DNA of 64,000 nt from Anaerolineales bacterium UBA3499 (GTDB lineage Bacteria; Chloroflexota; Anaerolineae; Anaerolineales; UBA11657), in NCBI GenBank assembly GCA_002377585.1, contig DFQC01000051.1:7211-71210 (forward strand), read 5' to 3'. Below are positions 8,843 to 20,659 of the stretch, piece by piece (positions within the stretch are counted from its first letter, which is position 1; the number at the start of each line of letters is the position of its first letter). Made by a program: the position numbers and the translations under genes. The notes under the pieces are model-generated. The model ran no database searches and was not told the DNA's origin. It saw only the letters and a list, made by a program, of their open reading frames with translations.

Positions 8843-9876
8843 GTTTACGTATATCTATTGTTGGCGGTTCAGGCTATACAGCTGGTGAAATGCTCCGCCT
8901 GATAATCAATCACCCTGAGCTAGAAATCGGACAAGTTGTATCACGAAGTAATGCTGGTCAGCCAATGTGGCGACTACACCCGCATCTTCGAGGACATAAT
9001 CTGCCATCGTTTGTAGATATTGATTCTTTGAAGGAGACAGATATTCTAATCCTTGCCCAACCTCATGGAATTGCGCAACAAAACATAGCTCATTACTCCG
9101 AGATTTCACCTAAAATCATTGATTTGTCTTCTGACTTTAGGCTCAATACACTAACAGTCTATGAAAAATGGTATGGTGATGCACATTTAGCACCAGATTG
9201 GTTGCCACGATTTGTGTATGGACTTCCAGAGATTTACAGAGAAGAGATAAGTAATTCTCAATATGTAAGCGGTGTGGGGTGTAATGCTACAGCGAGTATT
9301 TTAGCGCTCTTTCCTCTTATAAAACATGATCTACTTATTACAGACAGACCCATCATAGCCGAAATCAAAACCGGATCTAGTGAAGGTGGTTCTAAAGCAA
9401 ACCCAGGCAGTCACCATCCAGTTCGTAGTGGATCAGTTAGAAGCTATGCGTCGGTAGGTCACAGGCACACTGCTGAGATACAACAAGTGCTAGGTGTTGA
9501 GGATTTGCACATCAGCTTGACTGCAATAGAAATGGTGCGCGGAGCATTAGCGACAGTTCATGCGTTTGTAAATCCAAACACCAACTTAAAAGATTTGTGG
9601 AAAGCATATAGATCAACATATAAACATGAACCATTTGTACGCATAGTGAGAGACAACCGTGGCAATTATCGCCGTCCTGAACCAAAAATTATTTCTGGCA
9701 GCAACTTTGCTGATGTGGGTTTCGATTTAGATCCTAAAACTGGCAGAATAGTGTCAATATGTGCGATTGATAATCTAATGAAAGGTTCAGTCGGCACGGC
9801 AATGCAATGTGTAAACATTATGTGTGGTTTTGAAGAAACAACCGGATTGGAATTTACGGGTCTACACCCGATCTAG
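8839..9876 (+). CDS. lysY: LysW-gamma-aminoadipyl-phosphate reductase (ArgC family)
   Basis: GGSGYTAGE, IDLSSDFRL, YGLPE, GCNAT, IDNLMKG; operon context. Confidence 0.93.
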   Translation: MSLRISIVGGSGYTAGEMLRLIINHPELEIGQVVSRSNAGQPMWRLHPHLRGHNLPSFVDIDSLKETDILILAQPHGIAQQNIAHYSEISPKIIDLSSDFRLNTLTVYEKWYGDAHLAPDWLPRFVYGLPEIYREEISNSQYVSGVGCNATASILALFPLIKHDLLITDRPIIAEIKTGSSEGGSKANPGSHHPVRSGSVRSYASVGHRHTAEIQQVLGVEDLHISLTAIEMVRGALATVHAFVNPNTNLKDLWKAYRSTYKHEPFVRIVRDNRGNYRRPEPKIISGSNFADVGFDLDPKTGRIVSICAIDNLMKGSVGTAMQCVNIMCGFEETTGLEFTGLHPI

Positions 9877-9883
9877 GAGTTAC

Positions 9884-10696
9884 ATGATGCTTGTTGTCAA
9901 AATCGGTGGGGCTAGCGGAGTTAATATTAATTCTATCGTCACTGACATCGCAAATCAGACAGCATCTGGTGAGAAATTAATTGTCGTACATGGCGGATCT
10001 GAACTAGCTACTGAACTTGGCGAACAACTTGGTCACCCACCACGTTTTGTAACTTCAGCCAGTGGTCACACTAGTAGGTACACAGATAAACGTACTCTCG
10101 AAATCTTTCTCATGGCAACCAGTTTATTAAATAGAAGATTGGTAGGACAACTACAGAATCTAGGGATCAATGCATTTGGACTTAGTGGATTAGATGGTAG
10201 GCTATTGGTTGCAGAACGTAAATCCACTATACGTATTGTAGAAAATGGAAAACGCAAGATTCTGCGAGACGATTACACGGGCCGTATTACAAATGTCAAC
10301 ATAGAGACCGTTAGGGCACTACAATACACAGGACATATCCCTGTTGTGGCACCAGTAGCAATTTCAGACTCTGGTGGAGTAGCACTAAACGTTGATGGGG
10401 ACCGGGCAGCCGCCCGTTTAGCAGGCGCTATAGAAGCGAATAAACTTGTAATACTGAGTAATGTATCAGGTTTATTGAGTGATTTGGCAGACCCTAATAG
10501 CTATATACCAAACATTTCAACTAATGATATCGATGATGCGATTAATAATATAGCTCGTGGACGCATGAAAAGAAAATTAATCGCTGCACGTGAAGCCTTA
10601 GATGCTGGAGTAAAGCAAGTAATTATTGCTAACGGTAAAATAGACCAACCTATTACAAAAGCTTTGAAAGGCGAAGGTACCTTAATCAATGGCTAA
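9884..10696 (+). CDS. lysZ: LysW-aminoadipate kinase (ArgB family); start at 9884 rather than 9824
   Basis: VVKIGG, VVHGG, GLSGLDG, NVDGDRAA, GRMKRK; AGGAG SD directly upstream of 9884. Confidence 0.93.
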   Translation: MMLVVKIGGASGVNINSIVTDIANQTASGEKLIVVHGGSELATELGEQLGHPPRFVTSASGHTSRYTDKRTLEIFLMATSLLNRRLVGQLQNLGINAFGLSGLDGRLLVAERKSTIRIVENGKRKILRDDYTGRITNVNIETVRALQYTGHIPVVAPVAISDSGGVALNVDGDRAAARLAGAIEANKLVILSNVSGLLSDLADPNSYIPNISTNDIDDAINNIARGRMKRKLIAAREALDAGVKQVIIANGKIDQPITKALKGEGTLING

Positions 10697-11864
10697 TTCA
10701 CAGTTCGTAGAAAATAAACATACAAGTGGTGTGTACTACAAACGTGATATAACTATTGTGCGTGGTAAAGGAGCACTCGTTTGGGATCAGCACGGTGAGG
10801 AATATATTGACTGTGTAGCAGGACAAGGGGTAGCTAATTTAGGCCACTGCCACCCCACTGTAGTCGATGCAATACAAAAACAGTCAAAAATCTTAGTTAC
10901 GTGCCCGGAAATATTTTATAACGATCAACGCGCAAAATTACTTGAGCAATTGTCTGAACTAGGACCAGGATCAATGAAACAAACCTTTCTGTCCAATTCT
11001 GGCACTGAAGCCATAGAAGCTGCCATAAAATTTGCTCGTATCAGTACAAAACGAACAGAAATCATAAGCGCACTGAGGAGTTTTCACGGACGTACTATGG
11101 GTGCACTTACATTGACCGGACAGAAAAAATACAGTGCGCCATTCGCACCACTTTTGCCAGGCGTCAAACAGATTCCATACAACAATATCGAGGCCCTAAG
11201 AAATACTGTTACCCAAGATACTGCAGCAGTAATCCTGGAAATAATACAAGGAGAAGGTGGAGTTAGGCCTGCTAATATTAAATTCCTGCAAGAGGCACAA
11301 ACTCTTTGCAACGAAAATGGGACTCTATTCATAGTTGATGAAGTACAAACAGGGCTTGGACGTACAGGAAAAATGCTCGCCTGTAATCATTACAACATAG
11401 AGCCAGACATGCTTTGCCTGGCAAAATCTCTTGGAGGAGGCATACCAATTGGTGCTACCTTGTTAGGATCTAAGGTAAAAAACTTGCACGTAGGAACACA
11501 TGGATCCACATTCGGAGGAAATCCTCTGGCATGCGCAGCATCACTAGCTGTACTGGAAGTGTTGGAACACGAAAATCTGCCTCAACGAGCCGCAGAACAT
11601 GGTAAACGCATCATGAAATTAGTTGAGCAATCTAATTTATCTAATGTAAGAGAGATACGTGGTTTAGGATTAATGATTGGTATAGAACTAAAACATAAAG
11701 TTACTCCTGTATTGAAAGAACTACAACAGAAAGGTATTCTGGCACTACCAGCTGGAAATACTGTCTTACGATTGCTACCTCCATTGATTATTGAACAACA
11801 CCATGTTGACCGAGTTATTGATACAGTTATAGAAGTACTATCAAATATCAATAAATCTAACTGA
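10689..11864 (+). CDS. lysJ: LysW-aminoadipate semialdehyde transaminase (class III, ArgD family)
   Basis: SGTEAIE, FHGRTMG, DEVQTG, AKSLGGG (PLP Lys), HGSTFGGNP. Confidence 0.93.
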   Translation: MANSQFVENKHTSGVYYKRDITIVRGKGALVWDQHGEEYIDCVAGQGVANLGHCHPTVVDAIQKQSKILVTCPEIFYNDQRAKLLEQLSELGPGSMKQTFLSNSGTEAIEAAIKFARISTKRTEIISALRSFHGRTMGALTLTGQKKYSAPFAPLLPGVKQIPYNNIEALRNTVTQDTAAVILEIIQGEGGVRPANIKFLQEAQTLCNENGTLFIVDEVQTGLGRTGKMLACNHYNIEPDMLCLAKSLGGGIPIGATLLGSKVKNLHVGTHGSTFGGNPLACAASLAVLEVLEHENLPQRAAEHGKRIMKLVEQSNLSNVREIRGLGLMIGIELKHKVTPVLKELQQKGILALPAGNTVLRLLPPLIIEQHHVDRVIDTVIEVLSNINKSN

Positions 11865-11890
11865 GTAAAAACCTTTAAAGGAACAATTCG

Positions 11891-13099
11891 ATGTCACTAA
11901 ACGATTTTGCCATTATAGAAAGCACACTAAGAGAGGGTGAACAATTTGTTGGTGCAGACTTCAGTACCGATGATAAGGTGGAAATAGCCTACGCTCTAGC
12001 AAACTTCGGAGTCGAATATATTGAGCTCACATCTCCGTGCGCATCCCCAACATCACTCACGGATTGTAAACTTCTATCAAAACTAGACATCAACTCAAAA
12101 ATACTCACACACATTCGCTGCCATATGGATGATGCAAAAGTCGCCCTTGACACTGGAGTAGATGGTATTGATGTTGTCATAGGTACGAGCTCATATCTGC
12201 GCGACTTCAGCCACGGAAAATCAATCGAAGAGATTATAGACATCGCTCAATCCGTGTTAACTTATATAAGGGCGCAAAATCCGTCTTTAGAGCTGAGGTT
12301 TTCGACAGAAGACTCATTCCGTAGCACAGAAGATGATCTGATAAATGTCTATCAAGCAATCGACCAATTAGAAGTGGTCAATAGATTCGGTATAGCTGAT
12401 ACAGTCGGCGTAGCAACGCCCCACGCGGTATACAACCTCGTGAGCACTCTAAGAAATATTACTGACGCAGATATAGAGTTTCATGGCCACAATGACACTG
12501 GATGTGCAGTTGCCAACAGTCATTCCGCATTGACGGCAGGCGCCACTCATATTGATACAACAGTTTTAGGCATTGGCGAACGTAATGGAATTACTCCATT
12601 AGAAGGTCTAATAGCGCGCCTATACGCAATAGAACCTGACTATATACGTAATAAATACAACCTACATCAACTTCACAAACTAAATCAGATAGTTGCGGAT
12701 AAAGTGGAAATTGAAATACCGTTTAATCATTACATAACGGGATTAACTGCGTTTACCCATAAAGCTGGAATACATGCGAAAGCTATACTAAACAATCCTG
12801 AGACCTATGAGATTCTTAATCCCAATGACTTTGGTCTTACACGCTACATTTCAATCGCACACAAACTTACCGGTTGGAATGCACTACAAGATCGAGCGTC
12901 ACAATTAGGCATAAAAATAAACCCTGACAATTTGAAGGCTGTGACGCACCATGTCAAAAAAATGGCTGATCATAAAAGAATCACGCTAAGTGATGTTGAC
13001 GAACTACTACATCAGTGGGCAGACAACAACTATCACTTTGATAAAACTGAAGGCAGCAGCAAAAAAACAAGCAGTACTAACAGGCAAATTCATAATTAG
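11891..13099 (+). CDS. hcs: Homocitrate synthase
   Basis: [42 protein letters not shown]; no LeuA regulatory domain. Confidence 0.93.
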   Translation: MSLNDFAIIESTLREGEQFVGADFSTDDKVEIAYALANFGVEYIELTSPCASPTSLTDCKLLSKLDINSKILTHIRCHMDDAKVALDTGVDGIDVVIGTSSYLRDFSHGKSIEEIIDIAQSVLTYIRAQNPSLELRFSTEDSFRSTEDDLINVYQAIDQLEVVNRFGIADTVGVATPHAVYNLVSTLRNITDADIEFHGHNDTGCAVANSHSALTAGATHIDTTVLGIGERNGITPLEGLIARLYAIEPDYIRNKYNLHQLHKLNQIVADKVEIEIPFNHYITGLTAFTHKAGIHAKAILNNPETYEILNPNDFGLTRYISIAHKLTGWNALQDRASQLGIKINPDNLKAVTHHVKKMADHKRITLSDVDELLHQWADNNYHFDKTEGSSKKTSSTNRQIHN

Positions 13100-13101
13100 A
13101 T

Positions 13102-14388
13102 ATGTCTATGCAAACATTTGCACAAAAAGCTCTGGCTAAGTCTGCTGGATTACAAAATGTTAGTATTGGCAGTACAGTAGATGCCCGTCCAGATAGAATA
13201 TTGTCTCATGATAATACTGCAGCCATTTCAACGATATTCAACCAGTTTGGTCTAGAAAATGTGTTGCATCCTGAAAAACTTGTAGTAACACTAGATCATG
13301 CTGCACCACCTCCTACACCAATACATGCTCGCAACCATGCTGAGATTCGTAAATTTGTTACTAGGAATAATATAGAACATTTCTTTGAGATAGGACGAGG
13401 CATATGCCATCAGGTTATCAGCGAAGAAGCCTTGATTTTGCCTGGCCAACTTATTATAGGTGCTGATAGCCATACCACTCATTTTGGTTGGCTTGGAGCA
13501 TTTGGCGCGGGAGTAGGTCGAACAGAGATCGCAGCTCTTTGGGCAACTGGAGAACTTTGGCTGCGTGTACCAAATAGCATATCAGTGAAACTAACAGGTC
13601 AACTCAAATCAGGTGTAACAACTAAGGACCTATGCTTGCATCTTATAGGACAAGTAAGTTCTGATGGTGGACTATATGCTTCTATTGAATTTTCCGGAGA
13701 ATCAATATCACAACTCAGTATAGACAGTCGAACTGTAATCCCTAATATGATGGCTGAACTGGGAGCAAAAAATGCATATTTGCCACCTGACAAACGGGTT
13801 TTTGAATGGCTAGCAAACAAACTAAAACATAGATTGAGCGTCGAAGACATAAGGAAATTAGCTATCTATCCTGACAAGGGAGCAACTTACTTAGAAGTGA
13901 TCGAGATTGACCTTGGAAAATTGGAGCCACAAGTTGCAGCCCCTCATCAGGTTGACAATGTGCAACCAATTTCAGTAGTAGCTGGAAAACAAGTTGATCA
14001 GGTATTCATAGGCACTTGCACTAACGGTAGACTAGAGGATATTGCAATTGCTGCTGAAATACTAAAGGGCGAAAAGGTTGCAACGGGCACTCGGATGATC
14101 ATTATCCCTGCATCGAGCCAAATTTTACATTCTGCCGTCAATTTAGGTTATATATCGATCTTGCTTGAGGCCGGTGCTACACTGGGTACTCCAGGCTGTG
14201 GACCGTGCATGGGCAACCATCTAGGCGTACCTGCTGCTGGTGAAACATGTCTATCTACAGGTAATCGTAATTTCCGTGGCCGCATGGGAGAACCAGATGC
14301 CGAAATCTACCTGGCTAGTCCTGCAGTTGCTGCAGCCACTGCATTAACAGGTTCAATCACTGACCCTAGAAGCTTGGAGGTGTCATGA
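13102..14388 (+). CDS. lysT: Homoaconitase large subunit (LeuC family)
   Basis: [49 protein letters not shown]; operon context. Confidence 0.9.
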   Translation: MSMQTFAQKALAKSAGLQNVSIGSTVDARPDRILSHDNTAAISTIFNQFGLENVLHPEKLVVTLDHAAPPPTPIHARNHAEIRKFVTRNNIEHFFEIGRGICHQVISEEALILPGQLIIGADSHTTHFGWLGAFGAGVGRTEIAALWATGELWLRVPNSISVKLTGQLKSGVTTKDLCLHLIGQVSSDGGLYASIEFSGESISQLSIDSRTVIPNMMAELGAKNAYLPPDKRVFEWLANKLKHRLSVEDIRKLAIYPDKGATYLEVIEIDLGKLEPQVAAPHQVDNVQPISVVAGKQVDQVFIGTCTNGRLEDIAIAAEILKGEKVATGTRMIIIPASSQILHSAVNLGYISILLEAGATLGTPGCGPCMGNHLGVPAAGETCLSTGNRNFRGRMGEPDAEIYLASPAVAAATALTGSITDPRSLEVS

Positions 14389-14900
14389 AATTTTCTGGTC
14401 AAATATGGAAATATGGTGATGATATTAACACTGACGTTATTTTTCCAGGCAAGTACACGTATACACTACGTGATCCCAAAGAAATGGGTAAGCATGCACT
14501 AGAAGATCTTGACCCAGAATTTGCTAGCAATGTACAGAATGGGGACATAATTTTTGCTGGCAAAAATTTTGGAAATGGAAGCTCTCGTGAACAAGCCGTA
14601 GTCTGTCTAAAAGAAGCTGGGGTATCGGCAGTAGTTGCGATGAGTTTTGCGCGAATATGGTACCGCAATGCAATCAACAACGGTCTACCAGCAATTATAT
14701 GTCCTAAGGCAGTAATAGAAGCAGTGCACGGTAAGCACGCAACAGTTGACATAGAGGGTCGAGCCATCAACATACAAGATAAGACTTACAGTTTTCCTCC
14801 ATTTTCAGAGACAGCCACTGAAATACTTAAGTACGGCGGCTTGATTTTATACATACAAAAGAAACTTGCAGATATTGGAAACTCAAAGCCAGCATCATGA
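14385..14900 (+). CDS. lysU: Homoaconitase small subunit (LeuD family)
   Basis: [36 protein letters not shown]. Confidence 0.9.
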   Translation: MKFSGQIWKYGDDINTDVIFPGKYTYTLRDPKEMGKHALEDLDPEFASNVQNGDIIFAGKNFGNGSSREQAVVCLKEAGVSAVVAMSFARIWYRNAINNGLPAIICPKAVIEAVHGKHATVDIEGRAINIQDKTYSFPPFSETATEILKYGGLILYIQKKLADIGNSKPAS

Positions 14901-15904
14901 CTACTAATACAATATGCCTATTGCCTGGCGATGGAATAGGATTAGAGGTAATTCCAATAGCCACCGAAATACTTGAAGTATTAGATGTGGATCTAACAAC
15001 AGAAAGTCACCCCATCGGATGGGAATGTTTTAATGAAACCGGTACAGCACTACCTAAAAGCACTCTGGATGCGGTAATCCATTCCGGCATAGGTCTTTTT
15101 GGAGCAACAAGCTCACCCACTGGTGGAGCTCCTGGATATAGTAGTCCAATTATTGATTTACGTCAGCAATTAAACCTGTACGCCAATGTACGTCCCGCAA
15201 AATCCCTCCCCGTACCATCATCTCGTCAAAACATAGATTTACTCATTATAAGAGAAAATACTGAAGGTCTTTATATTCGCTCAGAACATTGGCAAGATCA
15301 AGACACGGTGATAGCTGAAAGAAGAATTACACGTACAGGAAGTGAACGTGTGGCTCGAACAGCCGCAAAATATGCACTGCAACGTGAAGGTTTACTTACC
15401 ATAGCACATAAATCCAACGTTCTCTCTTTGTCTGATGGTCTTTTCCTAGACGTCGTAAGAGATACGGCGAAACGTTATGCACCTGACATAGAAATAAGGG
15501 AACAGTTGGTTGATTCGCTAGCTCATGACCTCATTACTCAACCGGAAAACTATGATGTAATTGTAACTCCAAACATGTATGGAGATATTATTTCTGACCT
15601 CACCAGTGCACTTGTAGGAGGACTAGGAGTGGCACCATCTGCTAACATGGGTGATAACTGCGCAATTTACGAGCCAGTTCATGGATCCGCACCAGATATA
15701 GCAGGTAAGAATTTAGCAAACCCAACAGCTACTATACTGAGCCTAGCTATGATGTTAGAAGACTTAGGTTATGACAATGCTTCAAATGAACTCAAACTTG
15801 AACTTTATAACACCTTGGAAGAAGGAATGTATACTCCCGATTTGGGAGGAAGTGCAACTACAGAGACAATGCTCATAAGCATCTTGGAGAAGTTAACCAA
15901 GTGA
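14897..15904 (+). CDS. hicd: Homoisocitrate dehydrogenase
   Basis: GDGIGLEV, IRENTEGLY, HKSNVL, PNMYGDIISD, EPVHGSAPDIAG; operon context. Confidence 0.88.
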   Translation: MTTNTICLLPGDGIGLEVIPIATEILEVLDVDLTTESHPIGWECFNETGTALPKSTLDAVIHSGIGLFGATSSPTGGAPGYSSPIIDLRQQLNLYANVRPAKSLPVPSSRQNIDLLIIRENTEGLYIRSEHWQDQDTVIAERRITRTGSERVARTAAKYALQREGLLTIAHKSNVLSLSDGLFLDVVRDTAKRYAPDIEIREQLVDSLAHDLITQPENYDVIVTPNMYGDIISDLTSALVGGLGVAPSANMGDNCAIYEPVHGSAPDIAGKNLANPTATILSLAMMLEDLGYDNASNELKLELYNTLEEGMYTPDLGGSATTETMLISILEKLTK

Positions 15905-16950
15905 ATTCAAAAGAACTACTTGTTGGATTACTAAAACATTACAGCCCTACTGAATCTGAGACTTCTGCCGTCAACTATCTAACAAATTGGATGAATGATG
16001 CGGGTTTCGAAACTCAGATTGACCATTCAGGTAACGCTATAGGAAAAATAGGTACTGGTCCTATATCTATTATGCTATTAGGTCATATTGATACTGTGCA
16101 AGGCGAAATACCAGTTAGACAGGAAGGAGACTTAATCTATGGTCGCGGAGCAGTAGATGCTAAAGGACCACTGGCTGCTTTTGCATCAGCTGCAAGTTTA
16201 GGGGCAATACCTGGGGCAACAATTACAGTGATTGGTGCTGTAGGAGAAGAAGGCGATTCTAGAGGCGCATCATATTTGCTCAACAATTGCGATAGACCTG
16301 ACTTTTTATTAATTGGCGAACCCAGTCGATGGAATCGAATAACTCTTGGATATAAAGGATCAATAAGCTATACACTTTCAGTAGATATACCAATCACACA
16401 TCCTGCGAGCAATACAGATAATGCATGCGAGATGCTAATCTCTAGTTGGAAATCATTACTGCAGTTTACCAGAGCTTATAACACCCAATATGAAAGAGTT
16501 TTTGATCAAGTTACTCCAACAATTCGGTCAATAAATTCGACCAGTGATGGCATCAGAGATCATGCCCAAATGCACATTACTTTCCGACTACCTGAAGGTT
16601 TAACAATCAATGAAATAAAAGACAAACTGCAAACATATGTTACTGCTCCAGCTAAATTAAACTTAACGCCAGGAGCAGTAGAGGCTTATCGAGCTTCTAA
16701 GAATACTAAGTTAGTCCGAGCAGCACTTGCAGCGATACGTTCTAAGGATGGTACACCAAGTTTTGTAGTTAAAACTGGGACATCTGATATGAATATAGTA
16801 GCCCCCAAATGGCAATGTCCGAGCATAGCTTATGGACCCGGGGACTCAAATCTTGATCATACTCCAAACGAACATATCTCTCAGTTAGAATATCAACGCA
16901 GTATTGCGGTATTACGAACCCTCATGGAAAACATCAGTAATGAACGGTAG
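15901..16950 (+). CDS. lysK: LysW-lysine hydrolase (M20/ArgE family)
   Basis: LLGHIDTV, GRGAVDAKG, VGEEG, IGEPS, KTGTSDMN, YGPGDSNLDHTPNE; GTG start. Confidence 0.93.
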   Translation: MNSKELLVGLLKHYSPTESETSAVNYLTNWMNDAGFETQIDHSGNAIGKIGTGPISIMLLGHIDTVQGEIPVRQEGDLIYGRGAVDAKGPLAAFASAASLGAIPGATITVIGAVGEEGDSRGASYLLNNCDRPDFLLIGEPSRWNRITLGYKGSISYTLSVDIPITHPASNTDNACEMLISSWKSLLQFTRAYNTQYERVFDQVTPTIRSINSTSDGIRDHAQMHITFRLPEGLTINEIKDKLQTYVTAPAKLNLTPGAVEAYRASKNTKLVRAALAAIRSKDGTPSFVVKTGTSDMNIVAPKWQCPSIAYGPGDSNLDHTPNEHISQLEYQRSIAVLRTLMENISNER

Positions 16951-17058
16951 CGTTGATCATATTATGGATGTAATATTTGTTGCCCTATTCAAGGTCAAAT
17001 TCACAAGCGTATATTATAGAACGATTGCAATCTCAATATAATTAATAGATCAGAACAC

Positions 17059-17388
17059 ATGAAATCACAACGCTCACCTTGGAAACATGCGAATTTATGC
17101 GCTGCTCTTTGTTTTTTATCTGTATTTGTTTCACAGATTTACAGAGGCTTGGTTATAAGTAGTAGCGAATTGGTTACAAGCTTGGAAGATGCGATTTACG
17201 GAAATTTGATAATATCGCTGCTAACTGCTTTAGTTTATGGAATATTTGCATGGGGAGCCACCACGCTTTTTAGAAGAGGAAAACACCCGAATTGGTATTT
17301 GCTTGAATTAATGCTATTGTGGTTTTGGCCAATTATAATCACTATTGGATTATTGATAAGTCTTGAGTATGGACAACAAGCTAAATAA
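17059..17388 (+). CDS. Hypothetical small membrane protein, about 3 TM segments
   Basis: 109 aa ORF filling the gap after lysK, three hydrophobic stretches; no recognised motif. Confidence 0.6.
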   Translation: MKSQRSPWKHANLCAALCFLSVFVSQIYRGLVISSSELVTSLEDAIYGNLIISLLTALVYGIFAWGATTLFRRGKHPNWYLLELMLLWFWPIIITIGLLISLEYGQQAK

Positions 17389-17414
17389 AACAGTGCTTGT
17401 AGAATCTGGTTGGT

Positions 17415-18161
17415 TCATTTGTCAGAAAGCCTCTTGTAATCGACAAAACGATAGCCCACACCTCTCTCTGTAAGAATGTACTTGGGATTACGCGGATCTG
17501 CCTCTAATTTATCTCGTAAATAATTTACATATAATCGTAAGTAGTGTGTTTCAGTCTGATACTCATAACCCCATACTTTTGCCAAAAGTTGATCATGAGA
17601 TACTACCCATCCAGCATTTTGCACCAAATGGTAAAGTAGACGATATTCAGTTGGTCGCAATTTCACAAGTTGACCATTGACAAAAATCTCATGTCTGTCA
17701 AAATCAATCTTCAAACGTTCGTCGACTTCTATGGCTTCCCCATCACCACCTTTAGGAGGTTCCACGCGCCTAAGCACTGCCCGTACTCTACTAACCAGTT
17801 CACGTGGACTAAATGGCTTAGTAATGTAATCGTCTGCACCTAACTCTAAACCACGGACACGATCATCTTCTTCTCCACGAGCTGTAAGCATTATTACGGG
17901 TACATTGGAGTTTTCTCTAAGTAAAGCCAATGTCTCAAATCCGTCCATTTTTGGCATCATCACATCAAGAATGACTAAATCTGGCAATACTTTGCGAATC
18001 TGATCCAAAGCATCTTTGCCATCATAAGCTTCATGAACCGCAAACCCCTCCAAGTCTAAATTCATCCTGATAAAATGGATCATACGCTGTTCATCATCTA
18101 CTACCAAAACTTTAGTGCCCGAACGAGATTTTTTCATGTCATTTGCTCTTTTCATAATCAT
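17415..18161 (-). CDS. OmpR/KdpE-family response regulator (start may be Met at 18137)
   Basis: [30 protein letters not shown], winged-helix [11 protein letters not shown]. Confidence 0.95.
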   Translation of the reverse strand: MIMKRANDMKKSRSGTKVLVVDDEQRMIHFIRMNLDLEGFAVHEAYDGKDALDQIRKVLPDLVILDVMMPKMDGFETLALLRENSNVPVIMLTARGEEDDRVRGLELGADDYITKPFSPRELVSRVRAVLRRVEPPKGGDGEAIEVDERLKIDFDRHEIFVNGQLVKLRPTEYRLLYHLVQNAGWVVSHDQLLAKVWGYEYQTETHYLRLYVNYLRDKLEADPRNPKYILTERGVGYRFVDYKRLSDK

Positions 18162-19044
18162 ATTTTACTATGACAGCAGTTATATTATCTGGACCACCAG
18201 CTTTATTTGCTTCTTTAGTCAAATTTTCACACGCATTCTGTAAATCTGAGCTTTCCATTATTATGGTCAGAATATCTTCTTCTTCCACACATCCCCACAA
18301 ACCATCAGTACACAACAAAAAAATACTGCCGGGTTTCACGTAATGTTCACTGACGTCTACCTCTAAAATATCATCCTGACCCACTGCACGCATCAATACA
18401 TTTCTTTGAGGATGATTTTCGATACCCTCGCTAGTAAGTTCCCCAAGATCATACAATTTTTGCACCAATGAATGATCTTTGGTAAGCTGCAATAATTTAC
18501 CTGGCTTGAGCATGTAAGCTCTACTGTCGCCCACATGACCAATAACAGCATTTGTTCCCATAAATAATAGTGCAGTTAGTGTAGTTCCTCCACCAGTCAC
18601 ATTATTCACCACATCATTATTAGCTGCAATCAAAGCGGACCGCATCAGCTCCATTAATGTTTTGTTGTCGCAGAAATCTTGGATTTCTTCTAGTATCTTG
18701 GAAAATATGTAGCTGCCTACTACCCTTGCAACTGATTGTGCAGCAATTGTACTAGCACGCTCACCTTTCTGATGGCCACCCATACCATCTGCAACCACAA
18801 ATAACCCGAAATTATGTTCTTTAGCATCACCAGCATTCATGCCAGTTAAAGCAAAGAGAGAATCCTCATTGTCTTCACGCACTATGCCGACACTTTGAGC
18901 ATGAGATAAAGTGATCGATGGTATTCCATTAACTGGCGGATGATGAGCAGCTCTACCAATTTGTATTCGACGCTTGGCAGTTAGTCCATCCACTATCTTA
19001 TTACGTGACATGCTGAACAAGCGCGAAAGATTGAATATATTCAC
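18139..19044 (-). CDS. PP2C-family Ser/Thr protein phosphatase (Stp1/PrpC-like)
   Basis: [36 protein letters not shown]. Confidence 0.93.
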   Translation of the reverse strand: MNIFNLSRLFSMSRNKIVDGLTAKRRIQIGRAAHHPPVNGIPSITLSHAQSVGIVREDNEDSLFALTGMNAGDAKEHNFGLFVVADGMGGHQKGERASTIAAQSVARVVGSYIFSKILEEIQDFCDNKTLMELMRSALIAANNDVVNNVTGGGTTLTALLFMGTNAVIGHVGDSRAYMLKPGKLLQLTKDHSLVQKLYDLGELTSEGIENHPQRNVLMRAVGQDDILEVDVSEHYVKPGSIFLLCTDGLWGCVEEEDILTIIMESSDLQNACENLTKEANKAGGPDNITAVIVKYDYEKSK

Positions 19045-19156
19045 TGCAATATCATATTGAGTCAGAATATATATTTATATAACACATAGAAAATAATATC
19101 GGTAATGAATTTTTGTTCTGTTGTTAGCTCGAGATTGTGCTAACAACTATTTTAGT

Positions 19157-20542
19157 TCAATTAGATGACTTAGCCAAGTTGTTGAAGAAATGAGCATATG
19201 ATTCAATGCCGTTATGAAAAGTCTCTAGATGCAATTTCTCATTTGGCCCATGAATACCATCATCATTTAGAGCAAATCCAAGCATGACTGTTTCAATTTC
19301 CAGCATATCACTAAGCATTCCAACCACTGGAACTGTACCACCACTACGCATAAATCTCGGTTGCACACCAAACACAGACTCAATTGCATCTACAGCTGCG
19401 CGCACTCCAATAGATTCTCGGTTGACTACAACTGGGCTTGCATGCGCTAACTCCTTCAGTTCCCATCTAACAGTATCTGGTGCATTATCAGATAAATATT
19501 TACGAAGACTATCTGATATTTCTGCAGGCTTTTGATGAGGCACTAACCTCATAGATAGTTTGACCATTGCCTTAGAAGGAATAACAGTCTTGCTTCCGGA
19601 ACCTATGAAACCCGCATACAGCCCATTCACATCCAATGAGGGACGCACTGAAATACGTTCCATAGAAGAATAGCCAAATTCTCCAAACAACGCAGGTGGA
19701 TTGCCCGTACTAGATAGCAATTCCTGATCATCACATGGCAATTTGTTTATTTCTAATCTCTCTACTTCAGATATATCTTCTACATTCTCATAAAATAGAG
19801 GTAAAGTTATAGTATTATCAGCTTCATGCATGCCTGCAATTAATTTACACAACACAATTGCAGGATTATGCACGGCCCCACCAAACATACCTGAATGCAA
19901 ATCAGTCTCAGGACCATATACCCATAGTTCATAATAGGCTAGACCACGCAAACCATAGACAATAGCAGGATGGTCAACACTCCCTATACTTGAGTCCGCG
20001 TTCATGCAAAGGTCACAAGATAACAAGTCACGATTATTTTCAACAAAACCTGCCAAATTTGGTGAACCAATCTCTTCTTCTCCTTCAAGGATGATCTTGA
20101 TATTTAATGGGAATCCATCGCCTGCATTCTTCCATGCCTCCAATGCTGAGAACACCCCCATAATTTGCCCTTTCATATCAGAGGCTCCTCTCGCGTACAG
20201 ATTGTCCCCACGAATTGTGGGTACAAAAGGAGAAGATGACCATTCTCCAATTGGATCAGCAGGTTGTACATCATAATGACCATAAATCAGGACTGTAGGA
20301 CGATCTTCTACATTAAGGTAATCGCCATAAACCACTGGATGCCCATCTGTAGGGATAATTTGCATAGATTCCATACCCAGACTCTGCATTTCATTAGCTA
20401 GCCACTCTGCAGCTTTGCGCATGTCTGAAACATGATCCGGCAAGGTAGATATACTAGGAATCTCACATAAATCAACAAGTCTTTCTAACGATTTCTTCTT
20501 GTGAGCATGAATGTATCTTACAACATCTCTAATGGCAGTCAT
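19157..20542 (-). CDS. M20-family dipeptidase (start 20542 preferred over 20599)
   Basis: YGHYDVQP, ARGASDMKG, EGEEE, DLHSG, GGTVP, HGPNEK; AGGA SD before 20542. Confidence 0.92.
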   Translation of the reverse strand: MTAIRDVVRYIHAHKKKSLERLVDLCEIPSISTLPDHVSDMRKAAEWLANEMQSLGMESMQIIPTDGHPVVYGDYLNVEDRPTVLIYGHYDVQPADPIGEWSSSPFVPTIRGDNLYARGASDMKGQIMGVFSALEAWKNAGDGFPLNIKIILEGEEEIGSPNLAGFVENNRDLLSCDLCMNADSSIGSVDHPAIVYGLRGLAYYELWVYGPETDLHSGMFGGAVHNPAIVLCKLIAGMHEADNTITLPLFYENVEDISEVERLEINKLPCDDQELLSSTGNPPALFGEFGYSSMERISVRPSLDVNGLYAGFIGSGSKTVIPSKAMVKLSMRLVPHQKPAEISDSLRKYLSDNAPDTVRWELKELAHASPVVVNRESIGVRAAVDAIESVFGVQPRFMRSGGTVPVVGMLSDMLEIETVMLGFALNDDGIHGPNEKLHLETFHNGIESYAHFFNNLAKSSN

Positions 20543-20659
20543 AAATTTCCTTTCATTCCCTTTATATACAGCACAATTTTCTGGATCAAGATTTATCAAT
20601 CACATTTGTTTTTCTTAACATTAGTCTAGCACATACCTTTCATATTGTTACCAATTCTT

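Noticed and set aside
17804-17819. parS-like sequence around GTTCACGTGGAC
   Set aside because: Too many mismatches to TGTTTCACGTGAAACA in the outer positions; no convincing parS found by eye
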